This document shows positions 9,344-18,643 of a stretch of DNA of 64,000 nucleotides, one piece after another. The translations under genes and the position numbers were made by a program. A model generated the notes under the pieces. The model was not told the DNA's origin and made no database searches. It saw only the letters and a list, made by a program, of their open reading frames with translations. Numbering within the stretch: position 1 is the stretch's first letter; every line of letters begins with the position of its first letter. Source of the stretch: a virus (lineage: Duplodnaviria > Caudoviricetes); IMG/VR virus record IMGVR_UViG_2756170199_000003, positions 64,001 to 128,000 of that record. The stretch is one strand, 5' to 3'.

Positions 9344-9772
9344 ATGACTGCGACCGACCGCTTCTCGCTTGAAACCCATTCCGGCCCGTACGAATCCTGG
9401 CCACTACGAACCCGTCTCCTCATGGATGGTGCGCCAACTCAGCTGACGCTCTCCGGTTTCGTCCTGCTCCACCAGTTCGAAATTCTCGCGGGCTACCTTC
9501 TGGTTACTGACTACGATTGCCCGTTTGAAGAAGCCGTGACCTTTACGCTACTGTCGAAAGACCTGCAGCACATCTTAGGCGAACGCACACTGGGAGCGAT
9601 GTATAGTTCCTTTTTACTCGACGGCATCACGTGGAGCGATGAGCGAAACTTCAGCGCGACATTTGCCGGTATCCACGGAAGATGGGATTTCAGCATTCGG
9701 GACTGGTCCATCCCGGTTATCTTTCCGCGCCTGAAAGTGAGCCACGTCGCAACAGAGGAAGCGCGCGCTTAG
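9344..9772 (+). CDS. Hypothetical protein
   Basis: 142-aa ORF with plausible composition (YLLVTDYDCPFEE). Confidence 0.55.
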   Translation: MTATDRFSLETHSGPYESWPLRTRLLMDGAPTQLTLSGFVLLHQFEILAGYLLVTDYDCPFEEAVTFTLLSKDLQHILGERTLGAMYSSFLLDGITWSDERNFSATFAGIHGRWDFSIRDWSIPVIFPRLKVSHVATEEARA

Positions 9773-9882
9773 GGCCGAGTTCGAGACCGGGACAATGCGG
9801 CCTGACAATGCATTGACGGCATAATGGCCTCCCCTGGCGGGAGGCCACTCATATCCCTCCTTTTTTACCATCAGCACTACGT

Positions 9883-10857
9883 TCACGACGTGACCGCACT
9901 GCTCGGCGGCGTATTCACGGCAGCCAGCGCGGCGGCCGCAAGCGCTGCCGTCACGTCCTGACCTGTCGGCAATACCGAGGTCGGGCTCACCTGGTTCGCG
10001 GCGATCTGCGCGATCTCGTTCTGGTACCCGGTCGTGGTCGCCGCCACGTCTGCATTGATCGCGTTGATAAACGCGTTTTCCGTGTACGGATTGGCGTTCA
10101 CGATGCTGATCGCCGAAAGCACCTGCTGCGCGAACGCATCCACGCCCAGACTCCACTGCGCGATACCTGAGTAGGTGATGTCGACGGTCAGGTTTTCGAG
10201 CGCACTGGCCTGATCGCGCGAGCCCAGGATATCACCCGTACCGGTCGGGTACATGTTGGTCACCAGCCACGACTTCACGACTCTCGTGTGCGTCGGATCC
10301 GGCTCGATAAATAGCATTGTCGCCGAGTACATGTCCGCCAGCATGTCCGGCGGTGGACTCATTCCGGTGATGGCCGAGAGCGTCGCGACATTCGCGAACT
10401 TCGTGTCCGGGTCCATCATCAGGTTGGTGATCCACCCCTGATGGAACATCGACACAGGCATGCCATACTTCTCGTTCCACGAGAACTGCGGCTGCGAACG
10501 CTCTCGCTTCACATCGGTGAAATCCTGCTGCATGTTCCCGCCGCCACCAACCGGGGTCTCCGCCATTTCCACGGTAAGATGGGCGTTCAGCCCCGTGATG
10601 CGCAGCGCGTGCAGTTCCACCAGTGCGCGCAGCGTTCCGATCCACACATCGGGATTGGGCAGATAGCTGAAGCCCAGTGGCGCTTCCACGAGAATGCAGA
10701 TCAGGTTGCGCCGCACGTACTGCTGGTTGCTGACCCACTGCACGTAGTTCGGCACGAACCCCATCTGGCCACCATAGCGGGGGTCGAGCATCGGGTTGTT
10801 ATGCCCTTGGGCGAATCCGAACTGGTTCTGGAGTATGGCGTTTGCAACGCGGCCCAT
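9883..10857 (-). CDS. Tail tube protein (phiKZ gp30-like)
   Basis: GGQMG...WVSNQQYVRRNLICILVEAP, EKYG, MMDPDTK, MLFIEPDP motifs; directly downstream of the sheath gene. Confidence 0.85.
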   Translation of the reverse strand: MGRVANAILQNQFGFAQGHNNPMLDPRYGGQMGFVPNYVQWVSNQQYVRRNLICILVEAPLGFSYLPNPDVWIGTLRALVELHALRITGLNAHLTVEMAETPVGGGGNMQQDFTDVKRERSQPQFSWNEKYGMPVSMFHQGWITNLMMDPDTKFANVATLSAITGMSPPPDMLADMYSATMLFIEPDPTHTRVVKSWLVTNMYPTGTGDILGSRDQASALENLTVDITYSGIAQWSLGVDAFAQQVLSAISIVNANPYTENAFINAINADVAATTTGYQNEIAQIAANQVSPTSVLPTGQDVTAALAAAALAAVNTPPSSAVTS

Positions 10858-10929
10858 GACCGTATCTCCATTTACTTTGCATTGCTAATCGTCAAGGTGA
10901 CTCACTGGAAATCGGGAGACACGCCGTAT

Positions 10930-13035
10930 TCAGGTTGTCGCGCTCGACGTCTGGTCCAGCCGGACGGACTGGATCACGATGGTGGCAACCGTCTTCATGC
11001 CGGCCGCGGCGATCTGCAGGATCGTGGTCCAGCTGTAGCCACGCTGCGCATCGGCACCCGTGATCGTGGTGGTGGGCGTGATCGTGAAGCGGTTATCGAA
11101 GATGTTCGCCACGCGCGTCGTGATGAAGTTGTTCACGTTCTTGATGAGTTGCGCGTTGGTCATTGAAGACACGCCACAGAACTGCCGGCGCGCCAGGTCG
11201 CCGATCTTCTCGAGCGTGCAGATCGCACTCACCGTAAAGAAACTGTTGAGCACCGACGTGTCGTTGTCGTAGATGGTTTTCAGCGCCGGGAAGTACGCCT
11301 GCCGGCGCGCGCACGCCTCCACCCCCACCATGCCGTTGGCCCAGTCCTGGTTGCGTGCGGTTGCGCTCCAGAAGGTCACGTTGATGTTCGAGAACAGGTT
11401 GATCTGCGAGCCCGGCTGCATGTCGAAGGCGTAGCCTGATTTCCACTTGCCATTGCTTGCACCCATGTAGGCGGCCGCCTTCGACGCCAGCTCGATCGTC
11501 AGTGGCAGCGGGCCGGTGTAGAGCGAGCCCGTCAACGTGCCAGAGCCCGGCACCACCATGCCGCGTGCGCAGGGCGTGCCGAAGTAGTCCGACTCCGGGT
11601 ACTGCTGCAGGAACGCCTTGAGTGCCACCGCCATTGACGATTCCTCAGAGGCCGTCAGAGGTGGCGAGAGTGTCGAGAAGGTCGACAGCGTGATGAAGGT
11701 GTCGGGACGTTGCGAAATGAACTGCGCGAGCGCCTTCTTGGTGTCGATGGGGAAGCCCGAATCCCAGAAATGGGAATACGGGTACATCACGAGTTCCTGG
11801 ATCGGATCGGCCGCATCGGCAAAGCGCGCCGCATCCTCCGCCACCAGCGCCGCGAAGCTCGCGTCATCCATCGAGCCATCGCTGCCGCCACTTGCCCACA
11901 GCGTGCTTGCCTGCCCCAGGTAGGCCGCGTCCGGATCCGTCGTATTGAACTGGAAGGTCGAGTATGGCGCGCCTCTGGAGGACACACCGCTCACGAAGTT
12001 GAATAGCCACTGCTCTCCATCCTCGCCGGTGAAATCGGAGAATGGATTGATTGCCGCGTCCTCGGCGGCGTAGAACATGCCAATGAGCGTGGCCAGATTG
12101 TCATCGTAGACGTGCAGGCTGCCAAAGGGGCCGTAGACGTCGGCTGTGCCCGCCGGGTTGTTCAGATCCTGCCACGCATTCAGGAAGATGTCCTGAATCG
12201 ATATCTGCGCGTCGAGCGCCGTGTCGATCGTAGCCGGCTTGAACGTGACATCGAGATACGTCGAGCCGTTGGTCATGCGCGTCACGGTGCCCGTGCTCGA
12301 GGCCGAGGCGCGCGTGACACACGACACCCGGAACGGATAGACCAGGTCGTCCTCGATGAAGTTTGCGTTCGCTGGCGTCGATGAGTTCGCCGTGGGCGCC
12401 CACAGACGCAGTCCGTTGTTATTGCCGTACGCACCAAAACTCGGCACCAGCAGATCGAGCACCGGATAGCGCTGCGAGGTATCCGATCCGGAGGACTGGT
12501 CGCCCGCCAGAATCTGCACCTCACCGTAGTCACTCGTCCCATCGGGGTTGTAGGTCACAGTCGACACCACCCACTTGACGATGTAGCCCGGCAGCGTCGA
12601 GTTTGCGCCCGTCACCGGTACGGGTGCGCCACTCTCGTCGGTTGTGAATGAGCCGTCCGTATTGCGCTCGTACTGCGTGATCGGCGCAGGCATCACGTCG
12701 AGACAAAGGCGCAGTGATGCAGGCGGATTCGCGTCTGCCGGCTGCAGCCGCTTCACCATGATCGCGTTGCCCTGCGCGTTCACCGTATTGGCAAGCACAG
12801 TCGCGTGATTGGCCCAGGCCTTGCGCAGATCGAACGAATCGGCGCCATACATGTTGGTCAGATCGACGCCCGAAACGACCTCTTCCGTGACGGGGCCCAT
12901 CTGGGCGTAGAGATAGATGTAGGGAAGGTGCTGGGGAATCTGCTCCGGGACGGGCGTCACCTGCTGCGTACTGAGGTCATCAGTGCGCTGGAAGATGGTC
13001 ATCGGAGCGCCATTGACAATCATGGCCGTTGTCAT
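10930..13035 (-). CDS. Contractile tail sheath protein (phiKZ gp29-like)
   Basis: 701 aa; VNGAP, PQHLP, FWDSGF, YPESDYFGTPCARG, FPALKTIYDNDTSVLNS motifs. Confidence 0.9.
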   Translation of the reverse strand: MTTAMIVNGAPMTIFQRTDDLSTQQVTPVPEQIPQHLPYIYLYAQMGPVTEEVVSGVDLTNMYGADSFDLRKAWANHATVLANTVNAQGNAIMVKRLQPADANPPASLRLCLDVMPAPITQYERNTDGSFTTDESGAPVPVTGANSTLPGYIVKWVVSTVTYNPDGTSDYGEVQILAGDQSSGSDTSQRYPVLDLLVPSFGAYGNNNGLRLWAPTANSSTPANANFIEDDLVYPFRVSCVTRASASSTGTVTRMTNGSTYLDVTFKPATIDTALDAQISIQDIFLNAWQDLNNPAGTADVYGPFGSLHVYDDNLATLIGMFYAAEDAAINPFSDFTGEDGEQWLFNFVSGVSSRGAPYSTFQFNTTDPDAAYLGQASTLWASGGSDGSMDDASFAALVAEDAARFADAADPIQELVMYPYSHFWDSGFPIDTKKALAQFISQRPDTFITLSTFSTLSPPLTASEESSMAVALKAFLQQYPESDYFGTPCARGMVVPGSGTLTGSLYTGPLPLTIELASKAAAYMGASNGKWKSGYAFDMQPGSQINLFSNINVTFWSATARNQDWANGMVGVEACARRQAYFPALKTIYDNDTSVLNSFFTVSAICTLEKIGDLARRQFCGVSSMTNAQLIKNVNNFITTRVANIFDNRFTITPTTTITGADAQRGYSWTTILQIAAAGMKTVATIVIQSVRLDQTSSATT

Positions 13036-13177
13036 GGTTGCGATCCTGAAAGGAAATGCTATGGCCTGGGGGTAATCTGGAATGGCGATGCGGCGCATCA
13101 TATAAATTCGTCCGCTTCGCAATCCTCAATAACCTTCGACCACGTCATCACGAACTTTCAGGACGAGGCGGCGGAGA

Positions 13178-14122
13178 ATGAAACGCTATGCGACGGCGTA
13201 CGAGACCACGCAATGCAGTGGCTATGTGCTGGACAAACTTGAAACATCGCTGAAAGCGGCATACCTTGCGGGAGCGCTTATGCCTGCCAGTGAGGCGGCG
13301 ACGGTACTCGAGGTACAAGGCGGTCAGCCACTTGCAGATGCGATACCCGAATTTGCCCACCCGTTTCTCGTCGCGCACGCGCACGGCGGCACTCACGACG
13401 AAGGTGGGACCATCGTGTTCGACGCTCGCCCATTCGGCGCCTTTGACCGCCTGCGCGGGCAATTCGTCGTCCGCAACGAGATCGAATATGGCCTGCAGTT
13501 GCGACGCGCCCAGCTCAATGACATCTGGGTCAATGACGATCCGGCGTTGCTGCGGGATGCGTCACCGGTGGCAATGAGTTTCTTCGCGAGCTGGATCAGC
13601 GAGAACGTAGCCCGCCGCTTCGCGCTTGACCCGCGCGAGCAGCTGAATCTGGCGATCCTCAGCGCCATTCACTATCTCTCGCTGTTTGCCGATGAGGACA
13701 GCCTCGATACCCACGCGCGCCTGAAAATCGCAATGCAGGTCTCCCGCGGCCTACGCTGTCCGGCCGAGGATGTAATGACGCTGCTCGAGAAACAGCAGCA
13801 TGCGGGCGCCGGCATTGTCGGTCTATGCGCGGATGCGGCTGACGCGACAGGCAGCGTGAGATTGCGCGAGCTCAGCCCCGGCATTCTCATCAGCATCATC
13901 AAGGGAACGTGGTGGGGCATCAATGCAGCCGAAATGCTCGCTGTCGCGCTTGAACATCCACCGACATGGCTCGCGCTGCTGGCCGCCGCGCACGTCGAGC
14001 GCACCTACCGCAACTCCGGCCTCGCGCGCATGGTAGAGCGCCAGGCGCATAAGGAACCGAACCAGCTCTTCCTGCGCGCGGTACTCAATCTCGCTCACCT
14101 GTCGGATCGTCGCGCTCATTGA
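13178..14122 (+). CDS. Virion structural protein (phiKZ gp28-like)
   Basis: Divergent from the sheath gene; TAYETT, FAHP, VALEHPPTW motifs; synteny. Confidence 0.7.
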   Translation: MKRYATAYETTQCSGYVLDKLETSLKAAYLAGALMPASEAATVLEVQGGQPLADAIPEFAHPFLVAHAHGGTHDEGGTIVFDARPFGAFDRLRGQFVVRNEIEYGLQLRRAQLNDIWVNDDPALLRDASPVAMSFFASWISENVARRFALDPREQLNLAILSAIHYLSLFADEDSLDTHARLKIAMQVSRGLRCPAEDVMTLLEKQQHAGAGIVGLCADAADATGSVRLRELSPGILISIIKGTWWGINAAEMLAVALEHPPTWLALLAAAHVERTYRNSGLARMVERQAHKEPNQLFLRAVLNLAHLSDRRAH

Positions 14123-14177
14123 CCCGCCTGCGCCCGCCTCCCCCTTCACTTCTCCGTCTTTCCACCCGGGTTTGGCC

Positions 14178-16820
14178 ATGTACGACTATCTCGTCGATAA
14201 CGCGCTGCGCAACGTCTGGTGTGCGCCCACGCAGGACCGCCAGGCAATCCTGCAGCCCGCGCGCCTCACCCCGGATGGCGGAGTGACCAATAGCGTGCAG
14301 ATCGACTGGTCTGAATACCAGCTGCCGGCAAGCAACGCACCATTCCACGTCTACCAGATCGGACAGATCAGTCCGTGGCTGCTCGGCCTGCTGGCGTGGG
14401 CCATCACCTGGACACCGTTCTCACTGGCGATGAACCGGTTGAACCTGATCGTCGACCTGTATGTGAACTCCGGCATCCAGCTACCGCGCTTCCAGTCGTA
14501 TTTCATGATCACACGCGACCGCAACATCGTGATCGCGGTGCGGTTCCAGCCCACTATCAGCATCAATCTCGATCGCGAGCCACTGTGTCTGCGGCTCTAC
14601 AGCAACGCCTTCTTCCAGAGCCCACGTGCCACCTCCGGCGACACAAAATACGTGATCCAGACGGGCGGGCTGGTACCAAAGCTCAAGAGCGACATCCTGC
14701 CCGTCCAGAACACCGTCACGGCACTTCAGGCACTTCCGGGCGTCGTGTACTGCTTCGTCAACGGCTTCAAGGTCGACGCCATCAATGTCGTCACAGCGCA
14801 GCCCGGCGATGTGGTCGAGTACGTCTATGACAGTTCCATCTACCGGATCGCCGACTTCACGCTGTCCGGCCTGCCGGTATTCAACAGCACGCTCGACAGC
14901 AAGTACAAGTACCTGCTTCATTACGATGGACGCGCCCGACATACCATCGACTTCGAGGACGACATCGATGTGTGGGTAATCTATACGCTACCCACGAGTC
15001 TCACACAGGGCGTCTTCTACCACCACAACGAAGCGGATGCGATCCGCAACGTTACGCACCGCGACTACGCGTTGCCTACGGCCTACGTGGCGGGCTACCT
15101 CGCGGCGCGCGGAAACTGGGAGTCAGAAGCAAACGTCACGATCCGGCTGCACATCCGTCGGGCCGGACTCGAGCGCCCGCTCGTCTACGAGGCCAACCGC
15201 ATTTTCGAGCTTTACAAGCTCAGCGATGCCCAGATCGTGAGCGCATTGGCGGGCGTGAACGCCACGCTTGAAAACTGGCAGGCGGCCACGCTGGAAGCGT
15301 CGCCCTACACCCGGATCATGGGCGCATACGGTGGTGTCGCGGCGAGTTCAGGTGGTGCCAATACCTTCGACCGCCAGACGGTCGAGGATGCGTACGGCTA
15401 TAACGCCACGGGCCGGCTCGTGGGCATGAGCCCGCTGATCCCCGTGCTGGAATCAGGCCAGTTGCTCGTTAGCCTCCCCTACAACCTCCAGAGCAACGTC
15501 ACGGCGTGGGAATACGACAGCAACGGCACGCTGCTTGGCTACTACGGCCACGCGAGCGGTGGCGTGTATGTCTGCGAGAACAGCAACTGTGTGCTCGTCG
15601 AGGTGATCTATGGCGGCGCCGCCCAGATGCCCGACGATACCTACGGGCAGGCCACCCAGTTGATCGATACGCGTCTGGACTACCGCATGTACACGTGCGA
15701 TATCGCGTCTCTCACCGGCAAGCCGCTCTTCAACTGGCGCGACGTCACCGGCAGCAGCCAGTATGCGATCCAGGACGGCATCCTCACGTGGCTGATCGAC
15801 ACCACCAAAGCCTATACATGTGTGCGAAGCAACCGCACGATGCTCGCCTACACGCTGTACATCCAGCCAAAGGAAGGCATCCTGCCGATTGAGATCCAGC
15901 AGCAGGGCATCCTCAACTACGTGCTGCAGCTCTTCGCGATGCAGATCCCGATGGGCCAGCTCGACGTGTTCGTGAACGGCCGCTCCATGATCCAGGGCCT
16001 GGACTATGTGATGCAGTTTCCCACGATCATGATCAACAACGTCTCGGCGCTGTCGTTTCCGCAGGACAGGCAGCAGCAGATCACGATCCGCTGGACCGGA
16101 TTCTGCAGGAACGATCTGTCGATCCCGTCCCATCGCGATACGGGCTGGGTGCAGTACGGGCTGCTCTCGAACAACAACCGCTACAACATCCGCGACGACG
16201 ACGTTACCCGCATCGCGGTGGGCGGTGGCGTGTTCCCGAAGTCCGCACTAAAATTCGCCGAAGACGACGCCAACATCCTCTCGCCGCTGCCCGTCAACGG
16301 GCTGCCGTATCAGGTGCAGAAGGTGGTGGTGCCGATGCTGGGGGTCACCAACGAGGATACCCAGACCTACTTCGACAAGGCTCTCGCGATCGACCGGGCC
16401 GTCGAAGACTACATGACGCTCTACTATCCGCTGCCGGCTCCCGGTGCAGCAAGCGGCCCGGACGTCATCAACGCGCTCTACCCGCTTTTCAGCCCCTTCT
16501 GCTGCAAGATCATCTACGACCTCGTGCTCGGCATCATCGACGAGACACCCCTGCAATCGTTCTACAACGACGACTTCGTGCGTGGAGTCTGCCAACCCTA
16601 TGAGTATCTGCTGGCGTTCGACCCGACCCAGCCAGCCACCGCGCAGGATCCGCGGTTCGTGAGGATCCAGCCGCACAACCTGACCGTGACCATTGCGCTC
16701 GACATCTATGCGTACAACTTCGTGAACAACGTGATCCGCATCTATCTGAACAACCTGGTGCTGCTCAACAACTACGTATCGATTGCCGATCTGGCGGGTA
16801 GCAGCGCGATCGGCAGTTGA
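14178..16820 (+). CDS. Large virion/baseplate structural protein (phiKZ gp27-like)
   Basis: 880 aa; NVWCAPTQDRQ, HVYQIGQ, THRDY, AYGYNA, SNNNRYNIRDD motifs. Confidence 0.75.
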   Translation: MYDYLVDNALRNVWCAPTQDRQAILQPARLTPDGGVTNSVQIDWSEYQLPASNAPFHVYQIGQISPWLLGLLAWAITWTPFSLAMNRLNLIVDLYVNSGIQLPRFQSYFMITRDRNIVIAVRFQPTISINLDREPLCLRLYSNAFFQSPRATSGDTKYVIQTGGLVPKLKSDILPVQNTVTALQALPGVVYCFVNGFKVDAINVVTAQPGDVVEYVYDSSIYRIADFTLSGLPVFNSTLDSKYKYLLHYDGRARHTIDFEDDIDVWVIYTLPTSLTQGVFYHHNEADAIRNVTHRDYALPTAYVAGYLAARGNWESEANVTIRLHIRRAGLERPLVYEANRIFELYKLSDAQIVSALAGVNATLENWQAATLEASPYTRIMGAYGGVAASSGGANTFDRQTVEDAYGYNATGRLVGMSPLIPVLESGQLLVSLPYNLQSNVTAWEYDSNGTLLGYYGHASGGVYVCENSNCVLVEVIYGGAAQMPDDTYGQATQLIDTRLDYRMYTCDIASLTGKPLFNWRDVTGSSQYAIQDGILTWLIDTTKAYTCVRSNRTMLAYTLYIQPKEGILPIEIQQQGILNYVLQLFAMQIPMGQLDVFVNGRSMIQGLDYVMQFPTIMINNVSALSFPQDRQQQITIRWTGFCRNDLSIPSHRDTGWVQYGLLSNNNRYNIRDDDVTRIAVGGGVFPKSALKFAEDDANILSPLPVNGLPYQVQKVVVPMLGVTNEDTQTYFDKALAIDRAVEDYMTLYYPLPAPGAASGPDVINALYPLFSPFCCKIIYDLVLGIIDETPLQSFYNDDFVRGVCQPYEYLLAFDPTQPATAQDPRFVRIQPHNLTVTIALDIYAYNFVNNVIRIYLNNLVLLNNYVSIADLAGSSAIGS

Positions 16821-16837
16821 TCGATGCCGGAGGTCGC

Positions 16838-18544
16838 ATGTCCGACTTCGGAAGTTCAGTCGAGCTGCCGGTCGGCACCGACGGCGGCGTACCCATCAAG
16901 AGCCCCGACAACAGCCTGTGGGAGATCTGGGCCTACCAGAATCTCTGGCTCGGCGCCGCGGGCACGAACAAGTACATACCGAAGATCAACGACTACGTCT
17001 GCGACTACACGATCAACCAGTGGTGGAGAGTCGCGCTGGTCGATCCCGTCACCTACGTGCCGACGCTCGTGCCGCTCACCACCACACCCAATGCGGCGAT
17101 GACCGAGGGGGACCTGCTTCAGGGCGTGGGGCTTGGCACGCTTGCCGACACGTTTCGCGTCTATCTCGACACCAGCGTCATTCCGTTCATCCTCGCCGTG
17201 GACGGCAGGCTCTGGTATCCGGGGCCCGATGTCGCGTCAGTCAAGCTTTTCACGGGCGCGGATTTCACCACCAACGAGAACTGCATCAGCGGCTACTACG
17301 ACCAGTCGGGCAAACTGGTTTCCCAGGCGATTCCCCTCGCACCCGTGTCGGTCGAGTTCCCCGATGGCTCCATGGGTACGGTCTCAGGCGTGCCGGTCTG
17401 TTACACGAACGTGCGTCTGGCTGACGCCACGCCGGTCACCGCGGTCGCCTACTCCTCGACCGGTGCAGTCGTATCCATCCGGCAGCTCCTGATCCAGAAC
17501 ACCGGTTGCATCCGTCTGGCCGACTCCGGCGTGAAGTATGTCGTGGGGATCGAACTCAGGACACCGTTCCTCTCAAGCTCGGACCCGACGCTCATCCAGT
17601 TCCCGATCAATGTGATTCTCGCGAACCTGAACCTGATGGGCATTGTGCGTTACAGCGACGGTTCGAGCGCCATGCTGCCAGTGGACAACACGAAGTTCCA
17701 GATACTCGGCTTCAATGCCTTTGTCTCGACAATCGTCGGACAGTCCTTCAACGTCGTGCTCAAGTACAACCTCTCGCCCGACGAGGCGGTCTTCAACGCG
17801 AATTCGGTCGAACAGCAGGGGTTCATCACCCGGGCCTACCGGATGACGTCCATCAACTCCGCCGGTGCGTACGCTCTCAAGCTCTTCGCTTTCCCCGTCT
17901 GGCGCGACAGTGTCACGGGCTACCGGCTCGACTGGTTTCTCTACAACCTCGATCGCAGCACCTGGTGGAATGTCACGAGCCTGGTGCAGTTCTCGCCAGC
18001 TTTTCCGGCCTTCCAGCCGCTGCAGTACGGCGTGCAGCAGGACATCAACGCACAGGTGCAGCTGAGCAAGGTCGACCTGAGCTTCACGAACTATCTTTTC
18101 AGTGCCACGCTGGCGATCACGCTGCTTGGACCCGGCATGCAGGACTCGCCCTGGCAGATCCAGTTCGAGCCTGGGCAGATGCCCCCCTACGGTCCCGGCA
18201 ATGTCGCAGCTGTCAACGAGGTCCAGGCCAACCAGTACACGATCAATATCGCCAGCGGCTATAAAAAGCAGGGCGACTGGCTACAGGCGCTCTATTACAA
18301 CACCCTGCCGCTGACCGATCCGGCCACCGAGGCGAAGTTGCCGGTGCCGAGCCACTTCGCGATCCAGATGCCCGATGGCAGCGAGCCGATCGTCTGCCCG
18401 ATCTCGCAGTGGGCGGCGACGTTCAGCACGAGCGTGACGATTCCCGACGACAGCACGCTCTACGTAACGTTCTTCCTGCGCACCACGACCAACGACCTGC
18501 AGCTCTCGATCTGCGGCCTGCCGGTGCGCTATCCGGGTACGTAG
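16838..18544 (+). CDS. Virion/baseplate structural protein (phiKZ gp26-like)
   Basis: GTDG, YIPKINDYV, FLYNLDR motifs; lies between the gp27-like gene and terminase. Confidence 0.7.
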   Translation: MSDFGSSVELPVGTDGGVPIKSPDNSLWEIWAYQNLWLGAAGTNKYIPKINDYVCDYTINQWWRVALVDPVTYVPTLVPLTTTPNAAMTEGDLLQGVGLGTLADTFRVYLDTSVIPFILAVDGRLWYPGPDVASVKLFTGADFTTNENCISGYYDQSGKLVSQAIPLAPVSVEFPDGSMGTVSGVPVCYTNVRLADATPVTAVAYSSTGAVVSIRQLLIQNTGCIRLADSGVKYVVGIELRTPFLSSSDPTLIQFPINVILANLNLMGIVRYSDGSSAMLPVDNTKFQILGFNAFVSTIVGQSFNVVLKYNLSPDEAVFNANSVEQQGFITRAYRMTSINSAGAYALKLFAFPVWRDSVTGYRLDWFLYNLDRSTWWNVTSLVQFSPAFPAFQPLQYGVQQDINAQVQLSKVDLSFTNYLFSATLAITLLGPGMQDSPWQIQFEPGQMPPYGPGNVAAVNEVQANQYTINIASGYKKQGDWLQALYYNTLPLTDPATEAKLPVPSHFAIQMPDGSEPIVCPISQWAATFSTSVTIPDDSTLYVTFFLRTTTNDLQLSICGLPVRYPGT

Positions 18545-18643
18545 CGGGATAACTGCTCGAGGCACCGGGCCAGTATCTGACCAGCGCCGGGACCGCCTGA
18601 GCGATACAGGCGGTCCCGGCGCTTCTGACGGGAGGGCGTCAAC

